Both the position numbers and the translations under genes were made by a program. A stretch of DNA of 64,000 nucleotides. It comes from an uncultured Clostridia bacterium (GTDB lineage Bacteria > Bacillota > Clostridia > TANB77 > CAG-508). The stretch spans positions 1,831 to 65,830 of the forward strand of contig CAJUSU010000002.1 in assembly GCA_910589185.1 (NCBI GenBank), written 5' to 3'. This document shows, in pieces, positions 27,129-37,931 of the stretch (position 1 is the first letter of the stretch; each line of letters starts with the position of its first letter). The notes under the pieces are model-generated. The model searched no databases and was not told the origin of the DNA. It saw only the letters and a list, made by a program, of their open reading frames with translations.

Positions 27129-28994
27129 ATGAAAAAAAGAATATACTTAAATGATTGGACTATCAATAGTGGTATTATTGGCTTCCTAAATATTTTAGAA
27201 GAAGCAGGAAAAGACATTGAAAACATGATGAAAGAAAACTACATAGAATTTGACACAGAAATTTTAGCAACATTTTCACAAGACTATTTTTCCTATTTTT
27301 TCAACAAATATGATGTAGCAAAGAGAACAAGAAAAAAGGTAATAGACAATTATTACAAAACAATAGAAAGTGCTATAAACAGTATGATATTGGAAGCTAG
27401 TACCAAAGAAGATAAAGAGAAAAATAAAAGATTTCAAGATACCATTAAAAAATTCACAAAATATATCAAAGAAACAATCAAAACACAAAAAGATAAAATT
27501 AAAAAATTTAATGAAGATAGCTATCAAGTAATAGACGAAGAATATAACAAAATAAAAGAACCTAAAATACCAGAAGAACTACAACAGTTATTACAAGTAC
27601 TAGAAAAGATTGTACAAGAAATAGAAAAAGAAGAAAATAATTCAAGAATAACTTTAAATTATTTCAAAAATATCCTAAGTACTAACTATTTCGGCCAACC
27701 AAGTTTTATGAATGTGGTAAAAAGCAGTTGTACCATAAAAGAGCAACAAGAATTGATGCAAAAAGACTACGTTAGTAATATTTTAGAAAATGCCTTTTTA
27801 CAAGAAACTTTAGAAGGCAATTATACAATTGAACAAATACAAGAACATATTCAAAAAGTTACTAATATGACTAAGGAAATAGAAACGATTTACAATAATA
27901 TACAAAAGCAAATAGACAAGCAAAAAACACTAGAAGAAATACAAACATACATAAAAACAAAATTAAATTATTGCTTGGTATGTGAAGAAGCAAAAACTAT
28001 TACAGAGAATTATACAGAAAGTAATTTTGTTCCATTAGCGGTTAGTAGTGAAAATATGACGAACTTCTTTTGGAACCAAAAGCCACAAGTACCAATTTGT
28101 AGCTTATGCAAATTAATGATGTTCTGTATTCCAGCTGGTGTAACGCTCATTTCTAAAATAGAAAAAGATAGTAATATGAACTATAAAGAAACAGAATTAT
28201 ATAGTTTTATTAATTGCGATACTAGTGTAAAGAAATTGCTAAAAACGAACCGAAATCTTAGTGACAATTCTAAAAAAGAAAAAGCAACCATAAACCCTTA
28301 TGTAGATTGTATTTTAGATATGATAGATAGTAAAGAAGAAATTGCAAGATGGCAATTAGAAAATATTTTTGTCGTAGAATTTGAAACAGAATATTTAGGA
28401 TATAGTAGAATACAATATTTTCACATATTACCAAATGTTGCTAGATTCTTAACAGGTAAATATGTCAACGTATTACAAGCCGTATCAAATTATCAATTTA
28501 GACTACAATTAACTGATATGATGCTAAAAAATGAAGACACAGCAATGGTCATTAATAATAGGTTAAGAGAAAATTTTAATGATGCCAAAGTAAAGCAAGC
28601 ATTTAATTGTTATTTAGCAACCAAAGTACGATTTGATTTAAATATGCTAAAAAAGGAGGGAAATAAAATGGAAGAAGAAATTCAAAAAGGAAACAAGAAG
28701 ATTTATGCACTATACAATATTGGACAAGATATTAGAAAAACATTAAAAAATAAGAAAGAAGAAAATAAATTAGATAGTTATGTATATAGAATGATAAACA
28801 GCATCAAAGCAAACAATAGAAAAGAATTTATGGATGTGGTAATTCGTTTGCATTTATATATGGCAAAAGATGTATCGCCAATTTTCCTAGAAGTAATGCA
28901 AGATGGCAATTTAGATTTTGCCACAATAGGTCATAGCTTTTTATCAGGTTTAATATCTGACGAATATCGTAAGGAAGAAAAAGTAGAAGAATAA
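27129..28994 (+). CDS. cas8b: Cas8b (Csh1-type large subunit, type I-B)
   Basis: 621 aa, positioned between cas6 and cas7. Cys-rich segment CLVCEE...CSLCKLMMFC. Assignment rests mainly on operon position and size. Confidence 0.7.
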   Translation: MKKRIYLNDWTINSGIIGFLNILEEAGKDIENMMKENYIEFDTEILATFSQDYFSYFFNKYDVAKRTRKKVIDNYYKTIESAINSMILEASTKEDKEKNKRFQDTIKKFTKYIKETIKTQKDKIKKFNEDSYQVIDEEYNKIKEPKIPEELQQLLQVLEKIVQEIEKEENNSRITLNYFKNILSTNYFGQPSFMNVVKSSCTIKEQQELMQKDYVSNILENAFLQETLEGNYTIEQIQEHIQKVTNMTKEIETIYNNIQKQIDKQKTLEEIQTYIKTKLNYCLVCEEAKTITENYTESNFVPLAVSSENMTNFFWNQKPQVPICSLCKLMMFCIPAGVTLISKIEKDSNMNYKETELYSFINCDTSVKKLLKTNRNLSDNSKKEKATINPYVDCILDMIDSKEEIARWQLENIFVVEFETEYLGYSRIQYFHILPNVARFLTGKYVNVLQAVSNYQFRLQLTDMMLKNEDTAMVINNRLRENFNDAKVKQAFNCYLATKVRFDLNMLKKEGNKMEEEIQKGNKKIYALYNIGQDIRKTLKNKKEENKLDSYVYRMINSIKANNRKEFMDVVIRLHLYMAKDVSPIFLEVMQDGNLDFATIGHSFLSGLISDEYRKEEKVEE

Positions 28995-29049
28995 AAAAGG
29001 AAAGGAGCAAGAGAATTCTAGGAGATAAAAGAATTCTCAAATAGAGATT

Positions 29050-29955
29050 ATGAAAAATGGATTAACAATAACAATGATTTTTAAAGCGCAAAGCTTAAAC
29101 TATGGAGAAGGAATTGGAAATATTTCAGAACTAAAAAAATTATCAAGAGGTGATGGAAATGTATATACATTTGCGTCAAGACAAGCACTACGCTATGATA
29201 TAGCAAGATTAGGACACCAAATGTTTGACTGGAATTTAGAAGTAGTAGACAAATCAAAAGGAACAGTACAATTTTCAGACAAATACAGCATTAAAGACTC
29301 AGAAGAAATGGATCTTTTCGGCTATATGAAGACCTCTAAGAAATCAGACGATACAGAAGGCGGTTCAGACATTAGAAGTGCAGCAGTTAGAATTAGTAAT
29401 GCCATTTCATTAGAAAGCTATAGAAGTGATTTAGAGTTTTTAAGTAACAAGGGACTAGCAGATAGAATTAACGAATTTCCTAATTTGGCTAATTTAGAAC
29501 AACATTTAAGTTTTTATACCTATACAGTAACTATCGACTTAGACAAAATTGGAAAAGATGGAAATATAGAATTAAGCAAAGAAGAAAAAGCAAAAAGAGT
29601 AACACAGCTATTAGAAATTATTAAAGTATTAAATAGAGAAATTAAAGGAAGACAAGAAAATTTAAGTCCATTATTCGCCATTGGTGGAATTTATCTAATC
29701 AATACACCATTCTATTTAGGAAGAGTAGACTTAGAGGGAAAAGATGGTGAATTTAAAGTGAAATTAGATGCACTAAAAGAAACAGGTACATTAAAGATTG
29801 GAGAAAATACAATTGAAAACGATACTATAGTTGGACTAGTAGACGGAATTTTTGCCAACCAAGAAGAAATAAACCAAGTATATGCAGGAAAAACATATCA
29901 TATACAAGAATTTTTCGAGAATTTAGAAAACAAGGTGCAAGAATATTATCAATAA
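29050..29955 (+). CDS. cas7: Cas7 (Csh2/DevR-type, type I-B)
   Basis: 301 aa. The N-terminus ...KAQSLNYGEGIGNISELKKLSRGDGNVYTFASRQALRYDI... is typical of the DevR/Csh2 Cas7 family. Confidence 0.85.
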   Translation: MKNGLTITMIFKAQSLNYGEGIGNISELKKLSRGDGNVYTFASRQALRYDIARLGHQMFDWNLEVVDKSKGTVQFSDKYSIKDSEEMDLFGYMKTSKKSDDTEGGSDIRSAAVRISNAISLESYRSDLEFLSNKGLADRINEFPNLANLEQHLSFYTYTVTIDLDKIGKDGNIELSKEEKAKRVTQLLEIIKVLNREIKGRQENLSPLFAIGGIYLINTPFYLGRVDLEGKDGEFKVKLDALKETGTLKIGENTIENDTIVGLVDGIFANQEEINQVYAGKTYHIQEFFENLENKVQEYYQ

Positions 29956-29970
29956 AAAGGGGGAAATGGT

Positions 29971-30618
29971 ATGAAAGTATTGAAAATGAAATTATTTCAA
30001 GAAACAGCGTGCTATAAAAAGCCATTTGCATATAAAGTAGCAGAAACATATCCACTTCCACCTTATTCTACAGTAATAGGGATGTTTCACAAAATATTAC
30101 AAGCCAAAAATGGAGAATACTTTCCTATGGAAGTATCTGTTCAAGGGAGATATGAAAATATTTTTTCAAATTATCAAACCCTAAGGATGTACAAGAAAAA
30201 CAAGGTAACTTCTATGCCTAGAAATGTACATCAATTATTAAATGTAGAATTAGTCATTCACGTTTGCGCACAAGATGAAATTATTGATAAGATATATTAC
30301 AATGTTACTCATGGAGTAGAAACATTTACATTAGGAAGAAACGAGGACATTGTAAGACTAGATGATATCAAGATTTGTGAGCAAATGCAAGAATTGGACG
30401 AAGGAATTTTACAATATAATGCCTATATTCCAAGTGAAAATAGAGAACTTAATGGAATTAAATATCGTATTCCAACTACTTACACAATTCAAAATGAATT
30501 AAGAATTTGGAACAAAGAAAATGTAAAATATGTAGAAAAAGGTAAAACAATAGAAGAAGTATTACAAGACGAAGACGGAGATTTGGTATTCTTAGCCAAT
30601 AAAGAAAGCAATTTATAG
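29971..30618 (+). CDS. cas5: Cas5 (type I-B, Cas5h)
   Basis: 215 aa. The N-terminus MKLFQETACYKKPFAYKVAETYPLPPYSTVIGMFHKIL matches the Cas5 pattern (ferredoxin-like; YPxPPxSTxxG). Confidence 0.85.
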   Translation: MKVLKMKLFQETACYKKPFAYKVAETYPLPPYSTVIGMFHKILQAKNGEYFPMEVSVQGRYENIFSNYQTLRMYKKNKVTSMPRNVHQLLNVELVIHVCAQDEIIDKIYYNVTHGVETFTLGRNEDIVRLDDIKICEQMQELDEGILQYNAYIPSENRELNGIKYRIPTTYTIQNELRIWNKENVKYVEKGKTIEEVLQDEDGDLVFLANKESNL

Positions 30619-30632
30619 TGCTTCTCAAAATA

Positions 30633-30684
30633 AAAAACTGCTTTAAGTATTACTGATACAATACCAAGCAGTTTTTATTTTTCT
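30633..30684 (+). terminator. Hairpin terminator between cas5 and cas3
   Basis: Stem aaaaactgctt (30633-30643) with aagcagttttt (30666-30676), followed by ATTTTT. Confidence 0.6.
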
Positions 30685-30700
30685 AAAAAAGGAGAAAAAT

Positions 30701-32869
30701 ATGATAGTAGCTTATGCAAAATCAAAACCAATAGAAACGATAAAGCAACATACCAATGAAGTATTAAAGGAGTTAGAAATATTAAAAAACATATATGGCA
30801 AAAAAATAGTAGAAAACAAAGTAGAAGACGAGGAACAATTTTGGCTTACCATTGAAATTGCGTGTAGATATCACGACTGTGGAAAAATTTTTACCCCATT
30901 TCAAAATGAAATACTAAGAAAATTAGGAGAAAAGTTGTTACCAACAGAATTTGACTATGCTATCAAACACGAACAACTTTCGCCACTATTTATTCCAAAA
31001 GAAGTATTAAAACAGTTAGATATAACACATCAAAAGATTTTACTACAGGCAATCTATTACCATCACGAGAGAAATAGCATTATTCCAGATGCTAATCTCA
31101 TAAAAGAAATATGGGAAAAAGATATCTATCCAAGGATAGACGAAATTGAAAAAGAATTTGTTTTTCCTATTGCAAAACAAGTAAGCACAATGTACTTAAA
31201 TAAGGTTGAGCAAAGAATAGATGAAGAAAGTGCTCATTATTTAGAATATTGTCTAATCAAAGGAATTGTACATCGTTGTGATCACTCTGGTTCTGCACAT
31301 TTACCAATAGAAATAGAATCTCAAAATTGTCTAGGAGAAGAAACAGAAAAATTTGTTATAGAAAAATACAAAAAAACAAATGACTTGCAAGAATTTTGCA
31401 AAGAAAATAGAGAAAATAATATTCTTAGCATTGCATCTACTGGATATGGAAAAACAGAAGCGGCAGCTATTTGGGCAAATCAAGATAAAACTATTTATAC
31501 CTTACCATTTTGCATTAGTTTAAATGATATTTTTGACAGACTAAATAAAATCATGGAATATCAAAATGTAGGACTACTACACTCTACAGCTTTAGACTAT
31601 ATGCTAGAAAATGAAGAAATAGAATATCCACAAGAATTATACGAAGATTCCAAAATAATGGGTGTTAAAATTTTACTTTCTACCATTCATCAATTTTTCT
31701 ATTTTGCATTAAAACATCAAGGATACGAAAAAATATATGCTATGCTAAGTCATACCAAGGTAGTCATTGACGAAATACAAGCCTATCAACCAAAAGTAAC
31801 AGCTATTATTTTAAAAGGACTAAAAATGATAAATGATATAGGTGGAAAATTTATGATTATGACAGCAACTCTTCCGGGAATTTATCAAGAAGATTTAGAA
31901 GAAAGCAAAATATCACTAGCAAAGCAGTATTTCTATTCTGATAGAAATAGGCACAAAATACAACTGATAAATGAAACAATAGAAAGTAGCATAGAGGAAA
32001 TCATAAGTAAAGCTAAAGAAAGCAAAGTTTTAGTTATCGTGAATACAGTAGACAAAGCCATTGAGCTGTATGAAAAATGTAAGGAAAATGCAGAAGTTAA
32101 ATTATTACATGCCAGATTTATAGAAGAAGATAAGTCAAAATTAGAACAAGAAATAAAACAATTTGCAAGAAGTGAGCGAAACGGAATATGGATAACAACA
32201 CAAATTGTAGAAGCATCATTGGATATTGACTTTGACTATCTATATACAGAAATGTCTACTTTGGATAGTTTATTTCAAAGAATGGGTAGATGTTATAGGG
32301 GGAGAGAATACGAAAAAGAAGAAGCGAACATTAAAATTTATACCAAAGAACCAAGTGGGATTCAGTATGTATATAATAAACAAATCAGTGAATTAAGTAC
32401 TAAAATGCTAGAAGAATATAACGAACAAATATTAAAAGAAGAAACAAAGGCAGAATTAGTAAAAAAACTATATTCAAGAGAAGCATTGCAAGGTACTAGT
32501 TATTTAGAAGAATTTGAAGCTGCAAAAAGAGTGCTAAAAAATATTGCGGACCATACTTTAACAGAAAAAGAAGCAAAGAAATTTTTAACTGATATTAAAA
32601 CAATAACTGTAATTCCAAAACAAATTTATGAAGAAAATTTATCACTATTTGAAGGATATGAACAAGAGAAAAATAGTCAAAAGAAAAATGAGATACTAAA
32701 ACAAATTAGAAAACTATGTATGAATATTTTAGAAAGTCAAGCTAAGGGAAGATGTAGAGATGTGGGATATGGAATAAAAGGAATGTTCTTTATTAGTGCA
32801 AAATATGACAAAGAAAAAGGACTATTATTAAAAGAAAAAAATGAAAACTTTGATGATAGAAGTTTTTAA
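30701..32869 (+). CDS. cas3: Cas3 HD nuclease/helicase
   Basis: HD domain (ACRYHDCGK, YYHHER), helicase Walker A ASTGYGKTE, DExx box VVIDEIQAY, and C-terminal helicase motifs. Confidence 0.92.
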   Translation: MIVAYAKSKPIETIKQHTNEVLKELEILKNIYGKKIVENKVEDEEQFWLTIEIACRYHDCGKIFTPFQNEILRKLGEKLLPTEFDYAIKHEQLSPLFIPKEVLKQLDITHQKILLQAIYYHHERNSIIPDANLIKEIWEKDIYPRIDEIEKEFVFPIAKQVSTMYLNKVEQRIDEESAHYLEYCLIKGIVHRCDHSGSAHLPIEIESQNCLGEETEKFVIEKYKKTNDLQEFCKENRENNILSIASTGYGKTEAAAIWANQDKTIYTLPFCISLNDIFDRLNKIMEYQNVGLLHSTALDYMLENEEIEYPQELYEDSKIMGVKILLSTIHQFFYFALKHQGYEKIYAMLSHTKVVIDEIQAYQPKVTAIILKGLKMINDIGGKFMIMTATLPGIYQEDLEESKISLAKQYFYSDRNRHKIQLINETIESSIEEIISKAKESKVLVIVNTVDKAIELYEKCKENAEVKLLHARFIEEDKSKLEQEIKQFARSERNGIWITTQIVEASLDIDFDYLYTEMSTLDSLFQRMGRCYRGREYEKEEANIKIYTKEPSGIQYVYNKQISELSTKMLEEYNEQILKEETKAELVKKLYSREALQGTSYLEEFEAAKRVLKNIADHTLTEKEAKKFLTDIKTITVIPKQIYEENLSLFEGYEQEKNSQKKNEILKQIRKLCMNILESQAKGRCRDVGYGIKGMFFISAKYDKEKGLLLKEKNENFDDRSF

Positions 32870-32884
32870 AAAGGAGATAAAAAA

Positions 32885-33373
32885 GTGCAAGTTACAGGAA
32901 CAATGATTTATTACTATTTCGTTTGTCAAAGAAAGTTATGGTATTTTTGTAATGAAATTACAATGGAGCAAAATAGCGAGTTAGTTTCAATAGGAAAAGT
33001 ATTAGACGAGACAAGTTATCAACGAGAGAAAAAGAGCATTTTAATTGATAATCAAATTAATATTGATTTTATTGAGAACGGAGCGGTTTTGCACGAAGTA
33101 AAGAAAACAAAGGCCATTGAAAAAGCGGGCGAATGGCAGATTAAATACTATATGTATTATCTAGAAGAAAGAGGCGTAAAGGAAATCGAAGCAAAGGTAG
33201 ACTATCCATTGTTAAAACAAACGAAAGAAGTATTCTTAACAGAAGAAGATAGACAAGTATTAAAAGGAGCAATTGAAGATATTGAAAAAATGTTACAAAG
33301 TGAAAAGATACCCAACAAATTAGACGAAAAAATATGTAAAAAATGTGCCTATTATGATTTATGCTATATTTAA
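32885..33373 (+). CDS. cas4: Cas4 RecB-like exonuclease
   Basis: 162 aa with a GTG start. One N-terminal Cys (YYFVCQRKLWY) and the C-terminal cluster CKKCAYYDLC form the four-cysteine Fe-S signature. Confidence 0.88.
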   Translation: MQVTGTMIYYYFVCQRKLWYFCNEITMEQNSELVSIGKVLDETSYQREKKSILIDNQINIDFIENGAVLHEVKKTKAIEKAGEWQIKYYMYYLEERGVKEIEAKVDYPLLKQTKEVFLTEEDRQVLKGAIEDIEKMLQSEKIPNKLDEKICKKCAYYDLCYI

Positions 33374-33391
33374 GGCAAGAAAGGGGGCAAA

Positions 33392-34384
33392 ATGAAACAA
33401 TCCTATTATTTATATAAAAGTGGTAGATTACAAAGAAAAGATAATACGTTACAAATTGAATATAAAGACGGAAGTAAAAAAGTTATTCCAGTAGAAAGGG
33501 TAAATGATATTTATGTAATGACAGAATTTGATATTAACACTACATTACTTAGTTTTCTTTCACAATATGGAATTTCAGTGCATTTTTTTAATTATTATGG
33601 ATTTTACACAGGTACATATTATCCGAAAGAACAATTAGTATCTGGTAAACTATTAGTAAAACAAGTGGAAAACTATACAAATAAGGCTAAGAGAATAAAA
33701 ATAGCACAAAAATTTATTGATGCAGCTTCCTACAATATATTGAAAAATTTAAAATATTATCAAAATAGAGGAAAAGACTTAGAAGAATATATCAAGCAAA
33801 TAGAATCTTTGAGAAAATATATTAATACTTCCAAAGATGTCAAAGAATTAATGGGAATAGAAGGAAACATTAGGAAAGTATATTATGATTCGTGGAATAT
33901 CATTATCAACCAAGATATTGCATTTGAAAAAAGAGTGAAAAATCCACCAGATAATGCGATTAATTCACTAATTTCCTATGTCAATACAATTGTTTATACA
34001 AGAGTGTTAGCAGAGATATATAAAACACAGCTAAATCCAACCATCAGCTATTTACATGAACCATCAGAAAGAAGATTTTCTTTATGCTTAGATATTGCAG
34101 AGATATTTAAACCAATTTTAGCAGATAGATTAATCTTTTCTATGTTAAATAAAAAACAAATTACAGAAAAAGACTTTGAGGAAGGACTAAACTTTTTATA
34201 CATTAAAGAAAATGTAAGAAAAGAAATAACGAAGGAAATGGATGCAAAATTACAAACTGTAATAAAGCATAAGACTTTGAGCAAAGAAGTTAGTTATGAG
34301 TATTTAATAAGACTAGAAATTTATAAACTAATAAAATACTTATTGGAAGATGAAGAATACGAAGGATTTAAAATATGGTGGTAA
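33392..34384 (+). CDS. cas1: Cas1 integrase
   Basis: 330 aa. Conserved GIEGNIRKVYY, PPDNAINSLISY and SYLHEP...SLCLDIAEIFKP motifs. Confidence 0.93.
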   Translation: MKQSYYLYKSGRLQRKDNTLQIEYKDGSKKVIPVERVNDIYVMTEFDINTTLLSFLSQYGISVHFFNYYGFYTGTYYPKEQLVSGKLLVKQVENYTNKAKRIKIAQKFIDAASYNILKNLKYYQNRGKDLEEYIKQIESLRKYINTSKDVKELMGIEGNIRKVYYDSWNIIINQDIAFEKRVKNPPDNAINSLISYVNTIVYTRVLAEIYKTQLNPTISYLHEPSERRFSLCLDIAEIFKPILADRLIFSMLNKKQITEKDFEEGLNFLYIKENVRKEITKEMDAKLQTVIKHKTLSKEVSYEYLIRLEIYKLIKYLLEDEEYEGFKIWW

Positions 34385-34385
34385 T

Positions 34386-34670
34386 ATGTATGTGATTTTA
34401 GTTTATGATATTAATTTAGAAGAAAAAGAGGGACAAAAAGTATTAAGAAATGTTTTTAAAACCTGCAAGAAATATTTAGTACATATTCAAAATTCCACCT
34501 TTGAGGGAGAGCTCCTAGAATCACAAGCATTAAAGTTAAATAAAGAATTAAATAAATATATTCGTAAAGATAAAGATTCTGTTATTATATTTAAAAGCAG
34601 AAATCAAAGATGGCTAGATAAAGAATTCTGGGGCAAAATGGAAAAAGACGAAACTTCTAATTTTTTATAA
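34386..34670 (+). CDS. cas2: Cas2
   Basis: ATG 34386 lies 1 nt after the cas1 stop. MYVILVYDI... with the ...STFEGEL... motif. 94 aa. Confidence 0.9.
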   Translation: MYVILVYDINLEEKEGQKVLRNVFKTCKKYLVHIQNSTFEGELLESQALKLNKELNKYIRKDKDSVIIFKSRNQRWLDKEFWGKMEKDETSNFL

Positions 34671-34681
34671 CCTTGAAAATT

Positions 34682-34829
34682 TTCGTCGACCTATGATAGT
34701 GCAAAAAAGGTGGGGGTTCGACGAATTACTATAATATAGATATACCAACGACTCTCAAGCACGGATATATTATTAGCTAGTATAAATTTGAGAAAAATAG
34801 GTTACATCGACGAATTTGAGTGGTATAAT
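34682..34829 (+). promoter_or_regulatory. CRISPR array 1 leader: conserved hairpin, TCGACGAA boxes and pre-crRNA promoter
   Basis: Inverted repeat ttcgtcgacc...ggttcgacgaa at 34682-34726. -35 GTTACA (34801-34806), 17-nt spacer, extended -10 TGgTATAAT (34821-34829), 30 nt before repeat 1. The same blocks occur in the array 2 leader. Confidence 0.6.
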
Positions 34830-34859
34830 GATTGGAAATAAAGGGTTAAAAAGCGACCT

Positions 34860-35551
34860 GTATTAATTTAAATATATTAGAATTTAAAGTCTGTACCTTC
34901 TATAGCTTGTACATAGTTAAAAGGTATTAATTTAAATATATTAGAATTTAAAGAAAGTTTTTAAATAGGGGGATTTTTTTTATGGATTAGTATTAATTTA
35001 AATATATTAGAATTTAAAGTCTTTTCCGAGCGGTTTAGCTGGCTCAATAGACAGTGTATTAATTTAAATATATTAGAATTTAAAGTTACTACTTAAGACA
35101 ACCTCTGCAGTAATTTGACAGTATTAATTTAAATATATTAGAATTTAAAGGATGGATACGAAGAAATTGAAGATATTAACTTAGGTGTATTAATTTAAAT
35201 ATATTAGAATTTAAAGGTTTTTGAAAATGTATAAAATGGAGGCAAAAAATGCTAAGTATTAATTTAAATATATTAGAATTTAAAGACATCGGCAAGAGGG
35301 AACATAGCATCATCTTCAGCGTATTAATTTAAATATATTAGAATTTAAAGGACGTTTGCAAAAATATCTATCATTTTTCAAACACCGTATTAATTTAAAT
35401 ATATTAGAATTTAAAGACTGAAAGCAAGCTGTATAATTCGATACAACCAATCCATGTATTAATTTAAATATATTAGAATTTAAATTTTCAAAACTTAGCA
35501 ATTGGAATTATATCAGCAATTGTATTAATTTAAATATATTAGAAAAATCCA
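34860..35551 (+). CRISPR. CRISPR array 1: 11 repeats of 30 nt, 10 spacers of 34-39 nt
   Basis: Repeat GTATTAATTTAAATATATTAGAATTTAAAG. Repeats start at 34860, 34924, 34990, 35056, 35121, 35187, 35256, 35321, 35387, 35456 (ends ...AAAT) and 35522 (degenerate terminal repeat). The leader lies on the cas2 side. Confidence 0.97.
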
Positions 35552-35612
35552 TTAACCATTTCCAACAAAACTGTATACAATATATCAAAACAAAGAATAA
35601 AGGAGGCCAAAT

Positions 35613-36572
35613 ATGCTAGGAACAATAGGAAATACGCCATTAATTAAAATTCAATACCAATATAAACAAAAAACAAATTACATATATGCGAAGTTAGAAA
35701 GCTATAACTTAACAGGAAGTATTAAAGATAGAACAGCTTATTACATCATTACAAAAGCCAAACAAAGAGGGACTCTAAAAGAAGGAATGCCCATTATAGA
35801 AGCAACAAGTGGCAATACTGGAATTTCACTATCAGCCTTAGGAAAATATTATCATCATCCAGTATATATTTTTATGCCAAATTGGGTAAGCAAGGAAAGA
35901 ATACAATTAATGAAAAGCTATGGAGCACAAGTCACAACATTTTCACATGAACAGGGAGGCTTCAAAAGGTGTATCCAAGAAGCACAAAAATTAGCCAAAA
36001 GAATGAATGGTTTTCTAGCAAACCAATTTGCGAATCAAGACAACTTATTAGCACAATATGAAACAACAGGGCAAGAGATTGTTAACCAAGTGCCAGAAGA
36101 TATTGGTGGATTTGTGTCGGGAGTGGGAACTGGTGGAACTCTCATGGGAATAGGAAAAAAGATAAGAAGAAGTTATCCAGAAGCAAAGATAATTGCCATT
36201 GAGCCAGATAGTATGCCACTCATTTCAAAAAATAGAGCCATCGCACCACACAAAATAGAAGGAATAGGAGATGATTTTATTCCTGCCTTAATTGACAAAA
36301 ACGAAATAGATAAAGTCATTTTAATTCATGATATGGACGCTATTAATATGTCAAGAAAGTTGTCAGCTGACTTGGGACTAGGAGTTGGAATTTCCTCAGG
36401 AGCTAACCTTTTAGGTTGTATTCTATTACAAGGTGAAATAAAAACACCAGTTGTTACAGTATTTGCAGATGACAACAAAAAATATTTAAGCACAGACTTA
36501 AGCAAACCAATAGACGAAAACGAAAAATATATTTCAAATCAAGTAAAATTAATAACATATGAAGTGTGCTAA
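35613..36572 (+). CDS. cysK: Cysteine synthase A (O-acetylserine sulfhydrylase)
   Basis: PLP lysine motif [21 protein letters not shown], and the [10 protein letters not shown] loop. Confidence 0.9.
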   Translation: MLGTIGNTPLIKIQYQYKQKTNYIYAKLESYNLTGSIKDRTAYYIITKAKQRGTLKEGMPIIEATSGNTGISLSALGKYYHHPVYIFMPNWVSKERIQLMKSYGAQVTTFSHEQGGFKRCIQEAQKLAKRMNGFLANQFANQDNLLAQYETTGQEIVNQVPEDIGGFVSGVGTGGTLMGIGKKIRRSYPEAKIIAIEPDSMPLISKNRAIAPHKIEGIGDDFIPALIDKNEIDKVILIHDMDAINMSRKLSADLGLGVGISSGANLLGCILLQGEIKTPVVTVFADDNKKYLSTDLSKPIDENEKYISNQVKLITYEVC

Positions 36573-36628
36573 TCACACAAATAAGCTTCTCTCATAAGAT
36601 ATATAAAACTTATGAGAGGAGCATTTTT

Positions 36629-37870
36629 ATGGTACAAAGAAAAATAAAAGAAATATTTATCATTTTAGTATGTTTCAGCTTTTTATTTTATGTATTACCA
36701 ACTACATCTCAAGCATTTGGCCCGTCAGATGATGTCCTTTATGAAGGAATAGATGTTAGTAACTATCAAGGTGAAATTGACTTTAAGAAAGTAAAAGAAG
36801 CAGGTATTCAAGTAGTATACATTAAAGCAAGCGAAGGTACCTATTACATAGACCCATATTTGGAAAGAAACTATCAAAAAGCAAAAGAAAACGGGTTAAA
36901 AGTTGGACTATACCATTATGTGGTAGCAAGAAGTGAAGAAGCAGCAAAAAGAGAAGCAAGATTTTTTGTGGCACGAGCCTCAGGCAAAGACTTAGACTGC
37001 AAGTTAGCTATGGACTTTGAAACATTTGGAAGCCTAAATAAATCACAAATCAATAAAATAGGACTTACATTTTTAAGAGAAGTAGAAAGGCTAAGTGGTA
37101 AACAAGCAATTTTATATAGTAATGCCTACACAGCAAGTAATATATGGTCAGGTGAAAACACGAAATATCCTCTATGGGTAGCAGAATATGGAGCAGAGCG
37201 ACCAAGCAATAGTGGTACTTGGAAAAGTTGGGCAGGGTGGCAATATGCTGATAATGGTAGAATAAATGGAATTAGGGGATATGTGGATAGAGATAAATTT
37301 ACAAAAGAAGTATTCTTAGACGACAACTCTACCATTCCACCAGTAGATCCGCCAGATGATGGAGGAGGAAATGAGCCAACACCAGAAAAAACAAAAAAGA
37401 TTACTATTAAGTGGGGGGATACTTTATCAGAACTTGCTGTAAAATACAATACCACAGTATCAGAATTAGTTAAGTTAAATAATATTGCAAATCCAAATCT
37501 CATTTATGCAGGCAATACCTTAATTGTACCAGTGAAAAATACAGGAGGAAATTCTGGCGGAATAGAGATATATACTGTACAAAAAGGGGATACTTTATCC
37601 CATATTGCACAAAGGTATAATACAACAGTCCAGCAAATAGCATCAGACAACAATATTCAAAATATTCATTTAATTCATCCCGGACAAAAACTACAAATAC
37701 GAACTAGCTGTTATGGCGACTGTGGACATAGGCTTTATACTGTCAGAAAAGGGGACACATTATGGAGTATTGCTAGAAGGTTTAACACAAGTATTGCCAA
37801 TATCGTTAGGATTAATCATATCCAAAATCCAAACCGAATTCATCCAGGGCAGATGTTTAGAATAAGGTAG
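36629..37870 (+). CDS. Secreted GH25 muramidase with three LysM domains
   Basis: ATG 36629 follows a GAGAGGA RBS and is followed by a signal peptide. GH25 motif [31 protein letters not shown]. Three LysM repeats ([42 protein letters not shown]). Confidence 0.88.
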   Translation: MVQRKIKEIFIILVCFSFLFYVLPTTSQAFGPSDDVLYEGIDVSNYQGEIDFKKVKEAGIQVVYIKASEGTYYIDPYLERNYQKAKENGLKVGLYHYVVARSEEAAKREARFFVARASGKDLDCKLAMDFETFGSLNKSQINKIGLTFLREVERLSGKQAILYSNAYTASNIWSGENTKYPLWVAEYGAERPSNSGTWKSWAGWQYADNGRINGIRGYVDRDKFTKEVFLDDNSTIPPVDPPDDGGGNEPTPEKTKKITIKWGDTLSELAVKYNTTVSELVKLNNIANPNLIYAGNTLIVPVKNTGGNSGGIEIYTVQKGDTLSHIAQRYNTTVQQIASDNNIQNIHLIHPGQKLQIRTSCYGDCGHRLYTVRKGDTLWSIARRFNTSIANIVRINHIQNPNRIHPGQMFRIR

Positions 37871-37931
37871 CACAAAATTATGTAACCTTTCATAAAATAC
37901 AATATGATGAATTTAAAACTAGGAGGTACTT

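Noticed and set aside
17259-34670. The AEP-RT as a CRISPR-associated RT (AEP-RT-Cas1 fusions are known)
   Set aside because: - It is not fused to Cas1, and the I-B locus has an ordinary stand-alone cas1.
- Three conserved housekeeping genes (comM, dprA, yraN) and two terminators separate it from cas6.
- The proximity (~3.3 kb) is noted, but I do not treat it as evidence of functional linkage.
35316-35501. 61-aa minus-strand ORF in the track
   Set aside because: It lies entirely inside CRISPR array 1. Its repetitive peptide (LNSNIFKLI x3) is just the translated repeat.
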